A stretch of DNA of 60,887 nt, the filler included, from Basidioascus undulatus (Eukaryota), in the NCBI GenBank assembly GCA_000826855.1. It is 4 parts of 4 records of this genome, joined end to end, with 100 filler letters (N's around TTAATTAATTAA, not from the genome) between each part and the next. Parts side by side here need not be neighbours in the genome. Positions count along the whole stretch, not along the records: positions 1 to 30,063 come from JTLS01000117.1; 3 more parts are not named here. One strand, given 5' to 3'. The position numbers and the translations under genes were made by a program. Below are positions 1 through 12,739 of the stretch, one piece after another. Below the pieces are notes generated by a model. It was not told where the DNA came from, searched no databases, and saw nothing but the letters and a program-made list of their open reading frames with translations. The first letter of the stretch is position 1; the number at the start of each line of letters is the position of its first letter.

Positions 1-1998
1 CGGGGCGGAGGCGGTGGGCGGGGAGGACAGGCCGGAGAGCGAGCGCGAGGAGAGCGGCGAGGGAGAGTGGTATCCCTCGTCTTCGTTGTCCGAAGGACCA
101 GGCGTGGGCGTAGGCGTGTTCTCCTTGTCGGCGGCAGCGGCAGCAGCAGCAGGGCTCCCGAAGAACTTGCTCCGCCGCCGCTTTCTCCGGGGCGTTGGTG
201 GGGGAGACGGCGACGCGGCGAGGTCTGCAGCGCAGACTGCGACAACCGCCCGCTTCTCTTCCGCCACCGCGCCGGACAGCGTCTTCCTCGCTCCCCGGAC
301 CGGGCCGGCGACAGCCGCGATAGGCTTGGGGACGCAGAGCGAGGCTGTTCATGAAAGGACGATCAGATCTGACCCCGCATGCAGAACGAGGTTATTGAAA
401 CGACGCACGACGGAAAAAGTCGCGCAGAGAGCGCTGCGCCGCAGCGGGCGCGACCGACTTCTGCGCCGTGATACCGACGGCCTTGGGGACGTAGCCGGGG
501 TTGATATCTGCGAGGGGCTGCTTCGTGCACGGGCACAAGCGACCCTCCGCTATGCCGCGGACGACCTCGTCGTCGAGCTCCCTACCGCCAAAGCCGCCCA
601 ACTCAGCTGCGCCCATCAAAGGCGGGTAAGAAGCGCGGGATGGAAACGCACGGGCCGATATAGTCCGCGTTCGCGGGGTCAAAGTCGTCCGGGAGGGGCG
701 TGAGGCAGACCATGCGTGCGGAGGAAGGGTCGAAGACGCGCTGGTGCAGGAAAGCGAGCTCGGCGCGCTTGAAGAGCGCAAGGTAGCCCTGTGGGACTTC
801 GAGCTGGCCTTCGAGGCGGATGAATTGGAGGACCTGGAATGGCCAAGAGAGGAGGCTGTTAGATAGGAAAGAAGGGGCAAACGGAATGAGAGGGAGACTG
901 AAGGTCATACGCACCTTTTCGACAGTCTTGTACTTGCGCAGCATGCGGTGCGCCGTTTTGAGGCCCATGCCGTGGATCGAGTCGACTGCCACATCACAAG
1001 ATTGTCAGCGCACCGATCCTTAGTACACAAAGAATTGCAAGTAGACACATGGGAAGACGTACGGTAGTCGCACCCGCTCAGGATCGCCATCCAGCGGAAC
1101 TCCTTGTCGGACCAGCCGACAAGGCTTGTCTCTGTGACAGCGCTGAACCTGTCGCGGCAGATCTCGACGCACGCGCCGTCGCTGTCCATCTTGAAAAGGA
1201 CCTGATATCGTCACACGGGCCACGCGCTCAGTATCGTCTGCGCGAAAGCATGAAGGATAGACCAAGCAGCGCACCTTCTTGCAACCGAAGACGAGTAGAT
1301 CCGAGTCCTCAGTGACGATCCCGTCGACCATGCCCGCGTGCTCGAGGAACGCCATCTGCGCGTCGGCCTCGTACGGCGCGACGATGTACCGGACCGACTC
1401 GGCTTTGAGGGCCTGTGGGGAGAGATTTGGTCAGGAGGGGCGTTTGGAGACGGGGAAGGAGGGGGGGTTGGCAGACCTTGATGAGCTGGAGAGCGAGCTC
1501 TGGACTGACATCCACGCACTTTGTGAAGTGCTCGCGAGCGAGGGTCGCCTTGCCCTCGGCATGGAGAGCAAGGCCCTGCGCGCGATGCTCGTCGCGCGAC
1601 CTGGTGACCACATTCAGACCTTCCCATAACAAGATAAGAGCCACTTGCACTCACTTCCTTCGATCCTCCTCCGTGCCCTTCTTCGCCTCCAGCCGCCCTC
1701 CATCAAACACCATGACGACCTCGATTCCATAGTGGCGCATCATCCGGACGCGGTGCATCGCGTACTCGACATACTTGACGGTCGGCACGCCGAGGACGAG
1801 ATCCGGCGCGCAGGAGAAGGCGCCGCGGTGGAGCCAGACGTACGCGTCGACGGCGAGCGTCTGCCCCGCGTAGTCGCGGAGGTGCGCCGGGCGGTGGATC
1901 GAGCGGAGGAAGGGGAGGAGGCCGGAGATACCCACTGCCGGATAAGGCGTAATCGTTTAGGGGTGGGGAAGCGATTGAAAAGTGCTGGAAGACGCACT
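1..1998 (-). CDS. EXO1: Exonuclease 1 (XPG/RAD2 family); multi-exon; 3' end runs off the left edge of the window
   Basis: XPG-N motif [10 protein letters not shown]...[12 protein letters not shown]...VFDGG and XPG-I motifs [15 protein letters not shown]...[43 protein letters not shown] across spliced exons. The ATG is split A|TG by intron 1997-1935. Confidence 0.95.
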
Positions 1999-2078
1999 GA
2001 TGGCTGCAGAGGTTCCTCAGCGAAAGTCTCGGGGCCAGCGCTGGGTGGAATACGCTCGACGACGAGGACGTGTCGAGG

Positions 2079-2088
2079 ACGCGTCGCG
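2079..2088. promoter_or_regulatory. Candidate MluI cell-cycle box (ACGCGT followed by CGCG) upstream of EXO1
   Basis: ACGCGTCGCG lies about 80 bp upstream of the EXO1 start. MCB elements are typical of fungal DNA replication and repair genes, but this is a short motif in GC-rich DNA. Confidence 0.35.
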
Positions 2089-3560
2089 TGCCCGCCGTGG
2101 CGTTGGGCGCCGTGTACAGGCGCGCGAGTGGAAATTAAGGAATTAGTGATGTTTAGTCTTGCGTAATTTTTTTAGGACTGTGTGGTCGCAGTTATGCTGG
2201 GCGGTGGGCGCCGATGGGTGTGGAGAGGAGGGAGAAGAAAAAAGGCAGTCGCGGAGCTCGAGTCTCGACGCGACCTTCTGGCCTCGATTCCCACGCCTGC
2301 GCGTTTCTGTTGCCCTCCCTGTGGCTTCGGCTCGTTGAGTGGCCCATGGCTGGACGGACAGGTTTGGTTTGTATATTCGGGCCTGATGAATCGAAGGTCA
2401 ATCATACCAAATTTGGTGTCAGCAAATTCTAACCTGCCTGGAGCAAGGGCGGCAGTAGCTGCGCCAAGGCCATGCGTCCCAATACACAATACACACTGCA
2501 ATTACAACAACGGATGAAACGAACAGACCACCTTTCTTGTGCTGTAAATGTTCGAAAACCGCTACGAGTATGACTTCGATAGACAACGCAACTAATACAC
2601 ACACACACATACACACGAGGAAAATCCCAGAACAGTATGCGTCTGCAAGAACCCTCACAGCAGGCCTGCAGCCGTTCACGCTCCCTGAATTGGGCATTCA
2701 TCCACGAGCACCCTCAGTACCGACTCAGTGGCAATAGGCCCAGTCCTTCGATGAGTTTCAAGAGGCGACGGGGCTTCGAGTAAGAGTCCTCCGACTTGCC
2801 CTCCCCCTCCCCCTCCCCCTTGACAGCGCTTCTTCAGATATCGCTCGAGTCCCTTGACCTACACACGCCGCCTCTGAAGATCCAACCAGGAGGCTGTGCC
2901 CCCTGGCAGCCATTGAGCGCCTAGATCTATCGTCTTCGCTTAGGCTCTCAACACGACTCACCGCCTCGTTGATCTTGCCAGCTTCCTCCTGCACAGGGGT
3001 TGAAGAACATCAGCTTGCTCCACGCATTGCAGGGATAAAGACTCGGGTCCGCACAGGATTGGGCTCCTCAGCGTTCTCAGATATTCCGATCCGCGTTGGG
3101 CTCAGTGGGTGCATGAACGGCTGCGAGCTACATAACGTGGGATGTGCACATGTGCCGTCAGTTCCCCCTGGCTTCTAGTAGTCGAGATGGGCAAGTAATG
3201 CTCGCCTTCTGAGTGGTATTAGGAGCAACCAACATGGCGATGCGACGCGGAGAATCAAGGTAAAGGAGAAGGGCCATCATAGGTCCATGTTACCACCGCG
3301 CTTCGATAAGGAGGAAGACCGATGTGCCATGCGGCACATGCGCATGCGGTTGCGCGGTTGCGCGGTTGCGCAGCTGACGCACGACATATCGACGTGAACT
3401 TGCTACCTAGCCCATTGATTCCCCCAATCTCCCCCTTACAGCCGCCATGCTGACGGGTCGTCCGTGACACCGCGTGCACCCATGTGCACCCGTCCTCTTT
3501 CAGAAAACAAACATATACACAACAGGCAGTACCGGCCTTTGCCCAAACCACTCCCTCAAG

Positions 3561-3873
3561 ATGACCTCCTTGACTCCTGAAGAAAAGGCCGTCTTCGAGG
3601 CCTACGAGACCACTATAGTGCCCGTGTTCCTTCCCCTGTACGACGACAAATGGGATGATGCCCTCTTGGAGCGTGCGATTAGTTGCGTCTCCTCTTTCTC
3701 TCCGTGCCCCCCCATCATCCCTCCTTATTGGCTCCCCGCCCCTCCCAGCCGAGTTCCAGACCGCCCACAGCCCCGACCTGGTCAGATCGACATGGACGAA
3801 GCTCGACCTCCCTGACTGGGAGCTCGTGAGAGACTACACACACATGGAGCTCGCGTTCCTCCGGCCGGGCTGA
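3561..3873 (+). other. Short codon-biased two-exon gene or gene fragment, unknown product
   Basis: MTSLTPEEKAVFEAYETTIVPVFLPLYDDKWDDALLERAI, then a pyrimidine-rich intron-like segment ending CAG, then AEFQTAHSPDLVRSTWTKLDLPDWELVRDYTHMELAFLRPG. Confidence 0.3.
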
Positions 3874-5249
3874 GTGAGCCCTATGATGGGCGTGAGTATG
3901 GATCTGCGCTTTTGGATTGGCGGGGTGGAGTGGGTGAGGGGGAAAGCGGAGGGGTGGAAGAGCGCGAAGGTGCTCGTGGTTGACTTTTGGGCTTCGTACG
4001 TCCATTCACACCTGGAATTATGAAGCACATATAGCACTGACGATTTCAAAATTTTCAATTGGACAGCTGGTGCAAGGCCCGAAATTCACGCGCTTGCAGT
4101 TGCCGCCTCCCGGCGGACCACACTGGCCCCTTCTGGAACTGCACCGACACTCGTGCCACGACGCCTTTGCCCACCTCTCCTCTCTCCAGAAAGCGCAGTC
4201 TGCCGCTGTGAAAGTTGTCGGTCTCGACGTCGAGGACGTTTTTGGCCCCGGTTTCCACGTCAAGCCCGTCGAGGCGTCCGGACGTTCGTTACTGGGCATG
4301 CCGACATTGGCGTTCGATGTTGCGGTCTACGTAGGGAAAGGGTCTGAAAAGTGAAGCATAATCGATTCCAATTGAATATACCAAGTCAGTACCTGAACCC
4401 TCATCTGCAGCGCTGTATAAGCAGAGAGGCTACGACGGGGTCCGGAACACTAAGCAGTTTCCGGCGAATGAAGTTATATCTGTTTCTTAATGCCGACCTG
4501 ACCTTGCGTTCCTGACAGCCATTGTTATAACCACGACTGCCAACAAGGTACACTTTGTCGGTGGCCCCGCAAAGGGGCTCGACGACGTCGTGGCCAAGCT
4601 CCTGGCGGTTGCATGATTTGGGTCGTTCCTTCGGTTGAGACGCTTGGCGACGGAAGGGTGATATTGCTATTTCAATTCGTTCTGGGTTTTATTTGTCAGT
4701 TTACTCTCGGTCAAGCGCTTGCTTTCACAGTCGCGCGCTTGCACCCATTTGAGTGTGTTCGCTAGGGGAAGGGGCCGGCACGTTTCGAAGAACGCTGTCT
4801 GCTTCCTCTCGTTGTCGTAAAGATATCTCCCAACATGGGAACATTATCGCGTTGCCAGCACGAACACGTACTCTTGGTATTCACGTTGAAACGTCGGGCT
4901 GCGTCGGAGTATGAAATGATATGTCGCCGAAAGACACCGCACTTACACCGATTGCATCACCTCCATTCCTTGCCTCTTTTCCTCGTTCTTCTCGGATCTT
5001 ACCTCCTACCCGCCCACTCCTTGGCGCATACTCGATCAGGCTACCGCGACAGCATTCTCCAGGTCTTGTCATAGCTACATCATGACCGTTGATCGTCATA
5101 TTCGAGTCTGCGCGCCGGCACGCGTACCCTGCCTTCGAAACACCCCTGTTACATGCTCGCGATGTCCGCAAGCAAGCGCAATACTGCTCTGGTATTCACG
5201 TTTCCTCACCGAAGTACTCCGTAGATCGCTCCCTGACATTCCCTATGCA

Positions 5250-6039
5250 TAATCCATCTTCCCGCTCGAAATCCTGCGCCACATCGTCTCCCTGGCTGTG
5301 CCTGTGCTCTCTCAGCCCGAGCGTCTCGCCCTCCGCCCCGTCTCCCGTGACTTCGCTGCCTCCAGCCGTCTCATTTTCTCGATCGTAGAGCTATATCCTG
5401 ATCAAATCAAACCGTTCATTGAGTTCCTCAAGTCGCATCGAGAGACCGGGAACCTCGTCCGGACGCTCAATGTCGAGGGGTCCGGCCCGTTCAAAGAGCT
5501 CCTGCCTCTCTGCAGCAAAGTCGAACATCTCCGGATGGCGCTTCACTTGGGTGTGAATGAGGAGGGTCAGATCATTGATCCGGGGCAAGAACTCCCCAAA
5601 GCTCTTCCGCATATCGACCCGCCCTCGTATTCTTTCCATCCTGGCGGAGAGCTCGACATCCTGACCGCATCGATAATGGCCTCTGCTCTGTACAGCGATA
5701 TGGACGCTCCCGGCTGGACGCGCCTTCTATCCGCTTCCTTCGGGTTCTTCGTCGGAGAAGACGCCCGGGCGTGCTAGAGCTCGAAACTTCAGGCCACTCT
5801 GGGCATGTGGGCATCGATCCCCGATGAGGACGAAGATGAAGAGCCGGAGTTTCTTTCAGAAGAAATCATCACTGATTGGGCGAATCTGGAGCGTCGAGCT
5901 CTGGACTCGGCCCGAAGACACGTGGAGTCCGCTCGTTGCTGAGAGCGTCGAGCTCCACGCCGAGGTATCGGAGCTGTCCTGTGTCAAGGATGTGGTGTTC
6001 ATGCGCGAGGGTTGCTTGTGGGAGCAGGAGTTGAAGTAA
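5250..6039 (+). pseudogene. F-box-like protein pseudogene (paralogue A)
   Basis: N-terminal SIFPLEILRHIVSLA...ERLALRPVSRDF F-box-like motif. Aligns by eye with 25709-26581 (shared GPFKELLPLCS). In-frame TAA at 5250, stop at 5775-5777 and frameshifts near 5770 and 5890. Confidence 0.7.
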
Positions 6040-7669
6040 CCGTGTCAAGGAGGCGATAGGCATGCATGTCTCTTGCTCATTTGCCGCATTCATGTGCCGC
6101 GAAGACTGCCTTGACCGACATTTTAGTACTCTTATGTTTACTTCGACCCTCTGAACTGCATGGATCTTGCGTGTCTGGACAATGAAAGCGTCCTCATCAC
6201 GTATGCCGGGGTAAGCCTCAGCTGTCCCCAGCGGCAGTTGGCGGCGCGGGCTGGCCAGGTCAGTATATAGTCCAAAAATTTGCGCCGCCCCCTTGCCTAG
6301 TGTTCCTTGAGGGCCACAGCTAGGCAATCGTTTATTGTAATGCCTCTATCTCTTGCTGAAATGCTGCACTTGCAGAACTTCCGGCACACTTCTAACTACC
6401 CGGAAACTCACTAGGCTTTTGTTGTTCGTCGCACTGTTCTTCAGCGATCTCTCGGGTTTGTGCTACTCCGTGAGCCATGTCCTCGCCAATCGCCGCGCTC
6501 TCGGGACCCTGTCCTTGCTTATAAATCCACCTGGTTGAGAGGCCTCCCAAACTGGTGTTTCAGTTCGAAAACATTTTGGTCTCGAGAGGACTAGCTATCC
6601 ATACTGCTCCAGCCTCGGATGTAGTGGGCGATTGAGATAAGGTACTCGCAACACCGTTGGGCTCAAGAGAACATGATAGCTAGGCCGACAGCGAGCTTGA
6701 TGCAGACAGCCAGTATTGCCCATCATGTCGACAGCTCCGGTGGCAGCCCCTAACACCATGGTCTTCATTTGCCTTCGTTGTCTGAGCTCGAGCTGCACCA
6801 GCTTTATTTGATGTGAAACTATGATTATTTCTATCACCACCCCGGGCAAATCAGTTAGTCTGGGGCTTCTTCGGATTGATGGCCTCGCAGCCTGCAGCCT
6901 GAGAGGCCCTGCGTGCAGACGCTGGATCTGAACACCTCGATCCGTGGACCTGAAACCGGGTGTCCCAAATGCACAAGGGCTGTCCAAACCTTCGAGGAAG
7001 GATCGGAGAGGAAGAACGTGCCCAAGCGGCAACAAGCGGTGTTGCGGTTGAACTTGAAGTGCGGATTCTTGCTGCCCGGCCGTCACCGCTCGGCGAATTG
7101 CGATGCGCATCCAATTAATGTCTACATGGGAGCTGTTCCTATTCAAATCATACTTTCCATGATTCCGCCGGCTTGCAGGATGGACGTGCAGTGATCTTGG
7201 CGAACTCCCTCACAATGCCGACGTCTTCGCACCCTGTTCGCCCGCCCGCTGAACAGCATGGGCGATGTCTCACTACGCATCGTCACCCGTTCGTGATCGC
7301 GCCAAATCGCGCGTTGCCCCGCAGTATCTCCGCTTGTTCGACGTGGTTCCTGGGAGAAACAAGGAGAAAGCTCCGCGGGGAGCCTCACCCCTCCACCGCG
7401 AAGCCCCGGCTGCTCGTCCCGAAAAAATAGCGACGTTCGTCCAGCTGCTGGCGGATCTTCATCACTCCGACGCATTGCCTTTTCCAATTTCACTTCTTCG
7501 TGAGGCTTGGCCGGCCCGCAATTCACCGCCTGCTATATTCGCGGTACTCTCTTCCTCCGGTGAAATGCACACAACTTTGAACGAGTGGTGCGGGTCGGCG
7601 ACCGGGCCGATGTTGCTAGTCTGTCGACTGTGTTAGACGATGACGATGAGGAGGTTGAGCCGAACAGCC

Positions 7670-7676
7670 TATAAAA
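7670..7676 (+). promoter_or_regulatory. TATA box of the GH3 gene
   Basis: TATAAAA about 100 bp upstream of the ATG at 7769. Confidence 0.5.
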
Positions 7677-7768
7677 GAGGGAAGCACTTGCTGCGCCTGG
7701 ATCCCCTTCCACCAAAGGCTTGATTCTCAACGCTCATTATTACCTTCAACCCTCTTTGCCGCATCGAA

Positions 7769-10700
7769 ATGCGGTCCACAGCTCTCCTTACCGTTGCGCT
7801 CTCTCTCAGCTTCTTCGAGGCTGCGTCTGCCCTCGCTACTGGGCCGGCACTTCCTCACTCAGCCATTGTTGCCCGCGACGATGCTTCAAACAGCGCGGAC
7901 TTGTATCCTGCTCGTGAGCCACTCCCCGCTTCCCTCTTATAGAGACCTCGCGGTGATGTAACGTGGTGAGTGGTGAAGGCTGACTGCATCCGATTTCGAC
8001 AGCCCCTACCAATGGAGGCAAAGCGTGGGCGGATGCACTAGCCAAAGCGAAGAGCGCTGTGGCTCAAATGAGTCTCGAGGAGAAGGCCACTTTTATTACC
8101 GGCCAGAACGGGCCTTGCGTTGGAAACACCGGTGCGCCTTGGATGCTTTGTCCTTGGAAGGAAATGCGGCGCGCGCTTAATAGTTGGCACTTCTGCAGGT
8201 GCGGTGCCTCGCTTGAATATCCCATCCCTCTGCCTCGAGGACGGTCCTGCGGGAGTTCGTCCGGTGCACGGAACGTACGTACTTCGGCCATGTCCAGCTC
8301 TCATTCCATCTGACAGCCTGTTGTAGCTCTCAATTCCCTGCCGGGTTGACGACTGCCGCGACCTGGGATCGCGACCTGTTCTACCAACGTTCTCTGAAAA
8401 TGGGACAGGAGTACTATGACCAGGTGAGCCTTGGAAGCTGCGGTGATTGAACAACACCATAAGCTTTCTGACGAGAGACGCAGGGAGTGCACGTTGCCCT
8501 CACGCCCGTTACAGGAGGACCGCTGGGTCGTGCAGTCCGGTAAGCCCCGGGCGGTGGGAAGTGTCTGAACTCGAATTGAGCATTAGCGCAGGAACGGCCG
8601 CAACTGGGAGGTGTGTCTTGAAACAAGCAAAAACACGCCTCATCGGCGGAGTTGATAAGACTGACATTCGACATGTCCTGAAGGGCTGGGCAGCAGACCC
8701 CTACGCTACGGGCGAGGCATCGTACCTCAGCGTCAAAGGCTTGCAAGACGCCGGCGTTGCTGCGACTTCGAAGGTAAGCTCCGCAAACTGTAGTGAGCTT
8801 GACAGACTGTGCATTTACCTTGATGCTTATCGTTTTCGGTACAGCACTTCATTGGATACGAGGTCAGTAGGCTGCAATTGCTCTTTGTCTATGGATATAT
8901 CCGTACTCAGTTTTCAACGCGGCTGTAGCAAGAGACGTTCAGGTAAGCGGACTTTTCATGACCTTTATCCCTGAATATATCGGTACTCAAGTCTTCATTC
9001 AGAAATCAATTCAACAGCACAGAGGCATACAGCGTCTTTGGCCGGAGTGAACAGTTGCCGTACGTCGTGGTTTCATGGTGTACTCGGTTTTCAGCGCCAG
9101 CTGAACCATTGCATATGGCAGGATCTCTTCCAACATCGACAACAAGGCCACTCATGAGCTCTACATGTGGTCGTTTGCCGAGGCTGTCCGAGGGGGCACT
9201 GGCCATGTGTGAGCACGACGTTTGTTTCATGTTAGCATTCGGAGTCACTAACCTTTGGAATATTTTAGCATGTGCTCGTACAACGAAGGTTTGCAGAGAC
9301 TTTCGTCTGTATCGCGGGTTTCATGCTGATCAGTGTGTGCAACAGTCAATCAGACCCACGCGTGCGCGAACGCGTACACCCAGAACCACCTCCTCAAGGT
9401 ATGCGAGACCGTAAATGGAGTGATATTTTTTGCATAATAGTAATCCTTGATTCTGGACATCCAGGGCGAGCTCAACTTCCAAGGGTCGAGTAAGTGTACC
9501 GTCCACGCTCTCCCTTTCGGTGCTACACCTGACGACGCGCAACAGTCATGTCCGACTGGGGCGGAATGTGGGGCAATGTGAGTTTCCCTGCAGGCAGATA
9601 AAGGCGTTCTATTTGTATTAATGCCTTTGGAGCACCCGCAGGTGAACACGGCCAACGGCGGCCTCGACCTCGTACGTCTTCTGACCTTGCAGCGCAAACT
9701 AATGCGAACTTCAGAGTTTGACCGTGTGCATACAGGCCATGCCTGGCTGGGGCTTCGGAGGTATTTTCGGCCAGTTTTGTAAGTAACGAAGGTACACAAC
9801 CTTCATGCCGCAGCTGCTGACCTACGTGCCGTACAGGGGGCTCGCACCTCGTTGATGCTGTCAACAACGGATCTGTGCCCGAGGACCGCGTGACAGACGC
9901 TGCGACGCGCGTCCTCATCCCGTACTATGCGCTGGGCCAGGACGAAAAGCCGCTTCCGAAAGTCGTATTCGTGGGTAATGTGTCCCGAATGGGCGATGTG
10001 CGCGCGCTCACAGTCAACCAACCACTCACCACAGAACGCCCAGGTCGACTATTACGACGCGCCCAACAGATACCGTAACGTCCGGAAGCAGGATACTGCC
10101 GACTTGATCCGCAAGATTGGAGAGGACTCGGCTACCCTCCTGAAAAACACCAACGGTGCACTCCCGCTGAAGGCTCCTGGGCGCATTGCTGTCATCGGTA
10201 GGTCCTTCAGCTGGCGCGTACCTGGTCTCGCCGTATCCAGAAATGCTGATAATTATTTCCTTAATCTTCCAGGTACCGACGCCGGCGCGAATGAACTCGG
10301 CCAGAACGCATGCGGCTCGGACCTCAACCAGTGCCCGAGCTGGAACAATGTGAGTCCAAGGTTTCAGCTGAGAGTCGGGGGCTCCAGCGGTTCTAATTTT
10401 GCCCCACAGAACGGGAGCCTTACTGTCGGTGGCGGTTCGGGTACCGCTCTGGCGCCGTATCTCGTTACGCCGCGCGATGCGATCCAGCAGCGCGCCATCA
10501 CGCTAAGTAGCGAGGTAAGTGTCCTCAATCCAGCCGTCTGAAACGCAAGGAGATTGAGAATCTGGCTTCCAGGTTACCTGGGTTCTCAATGAGTACGTGC
10601 TGTGTCAGTGTTAATTCTGCAGAAATCGTCTCTCACCCAGCATTGGACCTCTTTCAGCACCGCGTACGACGCCGTCGGGACCGCCGCTCAGGATGCCGAT

Positions 10701-12083
10701 GTTACCATCGTCTTCGTGTGCGTGGATGCAGCCCTTCTTAATCAATGGGTCGTTAGCCCAAATACCACCGATTACAGTAACGACTACGCTACGGAGGGAC
10801 GGGACCGCCCTGACATCAAGCTGGACCATGACGGCGACGCTCTGGTTGCTGCTGTGCGTCATCAACACCGCACCGCTGAGGAGTGACCGCTGACATTTCC
10901 CCCTTTTCTCGCCTCCAACAGGCTGCCGCCAACTCTTTCAACGTCGTCGTCGTCATGCACATACCCGGTGCGGTCGACAGTGAGTTCCGAGCAGTTACTG
11001 CGCGCTTTCGAACGCGGGTGCTCACTCGGTGTTCCTCAGTCGAGGCCTGGGTCGATCATGAGAACGTGACTGCTATCATCGCCGCCTTCCTCCCTGGACA
11101 AGAGACGGGCAACGCCATTGCTTCCGTACTTTTCGGCGACGTGAGCCCGTCGGGCAAGCTGCCTTTCACTTGGGGCAAGACGCTCGAGGACTACCAGGTG
11201 CGAAGGCTCCATGCCGTCCATGCTTGCACTTCTTGAGCACGAGGGTTTGACGTTCTTGATTGTCTTATAGCCTGGCACCATCGTGACGGACCCCGTTCAC
11301 GCGCCTCAGAGCGACTTTACCGAGTCGCTGTACATCGACTACCGCTACTTCGACGCTAAGAACATTACTCCTCGCTACGGTATACTTATATTTAAATTCG
11401 AATTCTTACCTAAATCATTCTAGACTTCTTATCGCCCCGCAGAGTTCGGCTTCGGACTGTCGTACACCACCTTCGAGTACTCGGACATCTCGATCGACAC
11501 GACGTACAAGACGGACGAGGCTGCTATCCAGGACACTGCCGAGCCTTTCGAGGGCTTCGATGGGTCCAACTCCCTCTACGACGTCCTGGCGACTGTTTCT
11601 GCGCAGGTCCAGAACACCGGCGATGTAGTGGGATGCGAAGTGGCCCAGCTCGTGCGTCCCCTGTTCTCCTCACGTCTCATTAGGCATTTCTGCTCGGGAA
11701 GCTGGTGACGGTGGGACCTGCCATTCCGCAGTACGTCTCCATACCTGAGGAGGGCCAGCCGCCTCGCATCCTCCGCGGCTTCGAGAAGCTCAAGCAGCTC
11801 CAGCCTGGGCGGAGTGCGACTGCGTCCTTCCCGCTGCGTCGGAAGGACCTCAGCGTAAGTAGTCCATCTTTCCTGTCCGATCTTCTCAAGTCGATTCGTA
11901 ATATTGTTCCCCTGTAGGTCTGGTCTGTCGAGCGCCAGACGTGGTACATCCCCGAGGGCACCTTCACCTTCCACGTCGGTGCCAGCTCTCGGAACCTTCC
12001 CCTCGTACGTTTCGAATTTCCACGTTACTGAGAGTGAAGATCACTTCATACTTTTTAAACAGTCTACGAAGTGGTCGAAGTGA
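7769..12083 (+). CDS. Secreted glycoside hydrolase family 3 beta-glucosidase with many short exons
   Basis: Signal-peptide-like N-terminus MRSTALLTVALSLSFFEAASALA. Motifs QMSLEEKA, CVGNTG, VPRLNIPSLCLEDGPAGVR, GRNWEGWAADPY, KHF, nucleophile motif VMSDW, LLKNTNGALPL, PGQETGNAIASVLFGDVSPSGKLPFT, YIDYRYFD, FGFGLSYTTF, and Fn3-like EVAQL...LRGFEK. Confidence 0.95.
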
Positions 12084-12739
12084 GCAGGCAAAGCCGGGGA
12101 GGCGGCTCGGGAAAGAATAGTCTGCAAAATGCGGAAGGACTCTTTATTCATAATAGCAGGACACGGACCATTATTCTTGAACTTGGAAGATCCGACATTG
12201 ATCCCTTACCTTACATCTTTAATGCACCCGCATAGATAGAAGTCCTTTGCGAACACATTGCAGCCTGTGGATTGCGTGCCAGTTTGATGGAGTCGATGTA
12301 ATTTTGGTCAAGTCATCCCCTAACAGCGCCCAAAGCCGGTCAAGTGTTTCTAATTCTCAAGTTGATAGATAGATTAATCGAATACTGTTGTAGCTCTGTC
12401 GCCCTTACCCACATCGCATCGCTCTGGGCCCGAGTGAAGAACAACCCGACTGACTGCTACCGCAATGGAAGGACGAAGTCAATGAAGCAAATCCTTGATA
12501 CCAACATTTGTAGTTGTGAATTATATGGTCATCCTCTGTCTTTGCTAATAGGCTTTTACCGGAGAAACAACGGAGGACGTGTTTGGCGCGCACTCTCACA
12601 GGCGTCGACTCGCACCAGCCGTGTTCCAGCGATACTGGCCTGAATGACGCGTGCTGAAGCACCGTGCCCCTTGTCCCTTGACCGTCTCCTTTCAACCAGA
12701 GCGACCAGATTACACTTAAATCCTAGAGCAGACAACACC

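Noticed and set aside
14..703. Long plus-strand ORF, and similar antisense ORFs such as 25673-26569 and 45199-46374
   Set aside because: These are shadow ORFs on the opposite strand of GC3-rich genes (EXO1, F-box paralogue B, ICL1).
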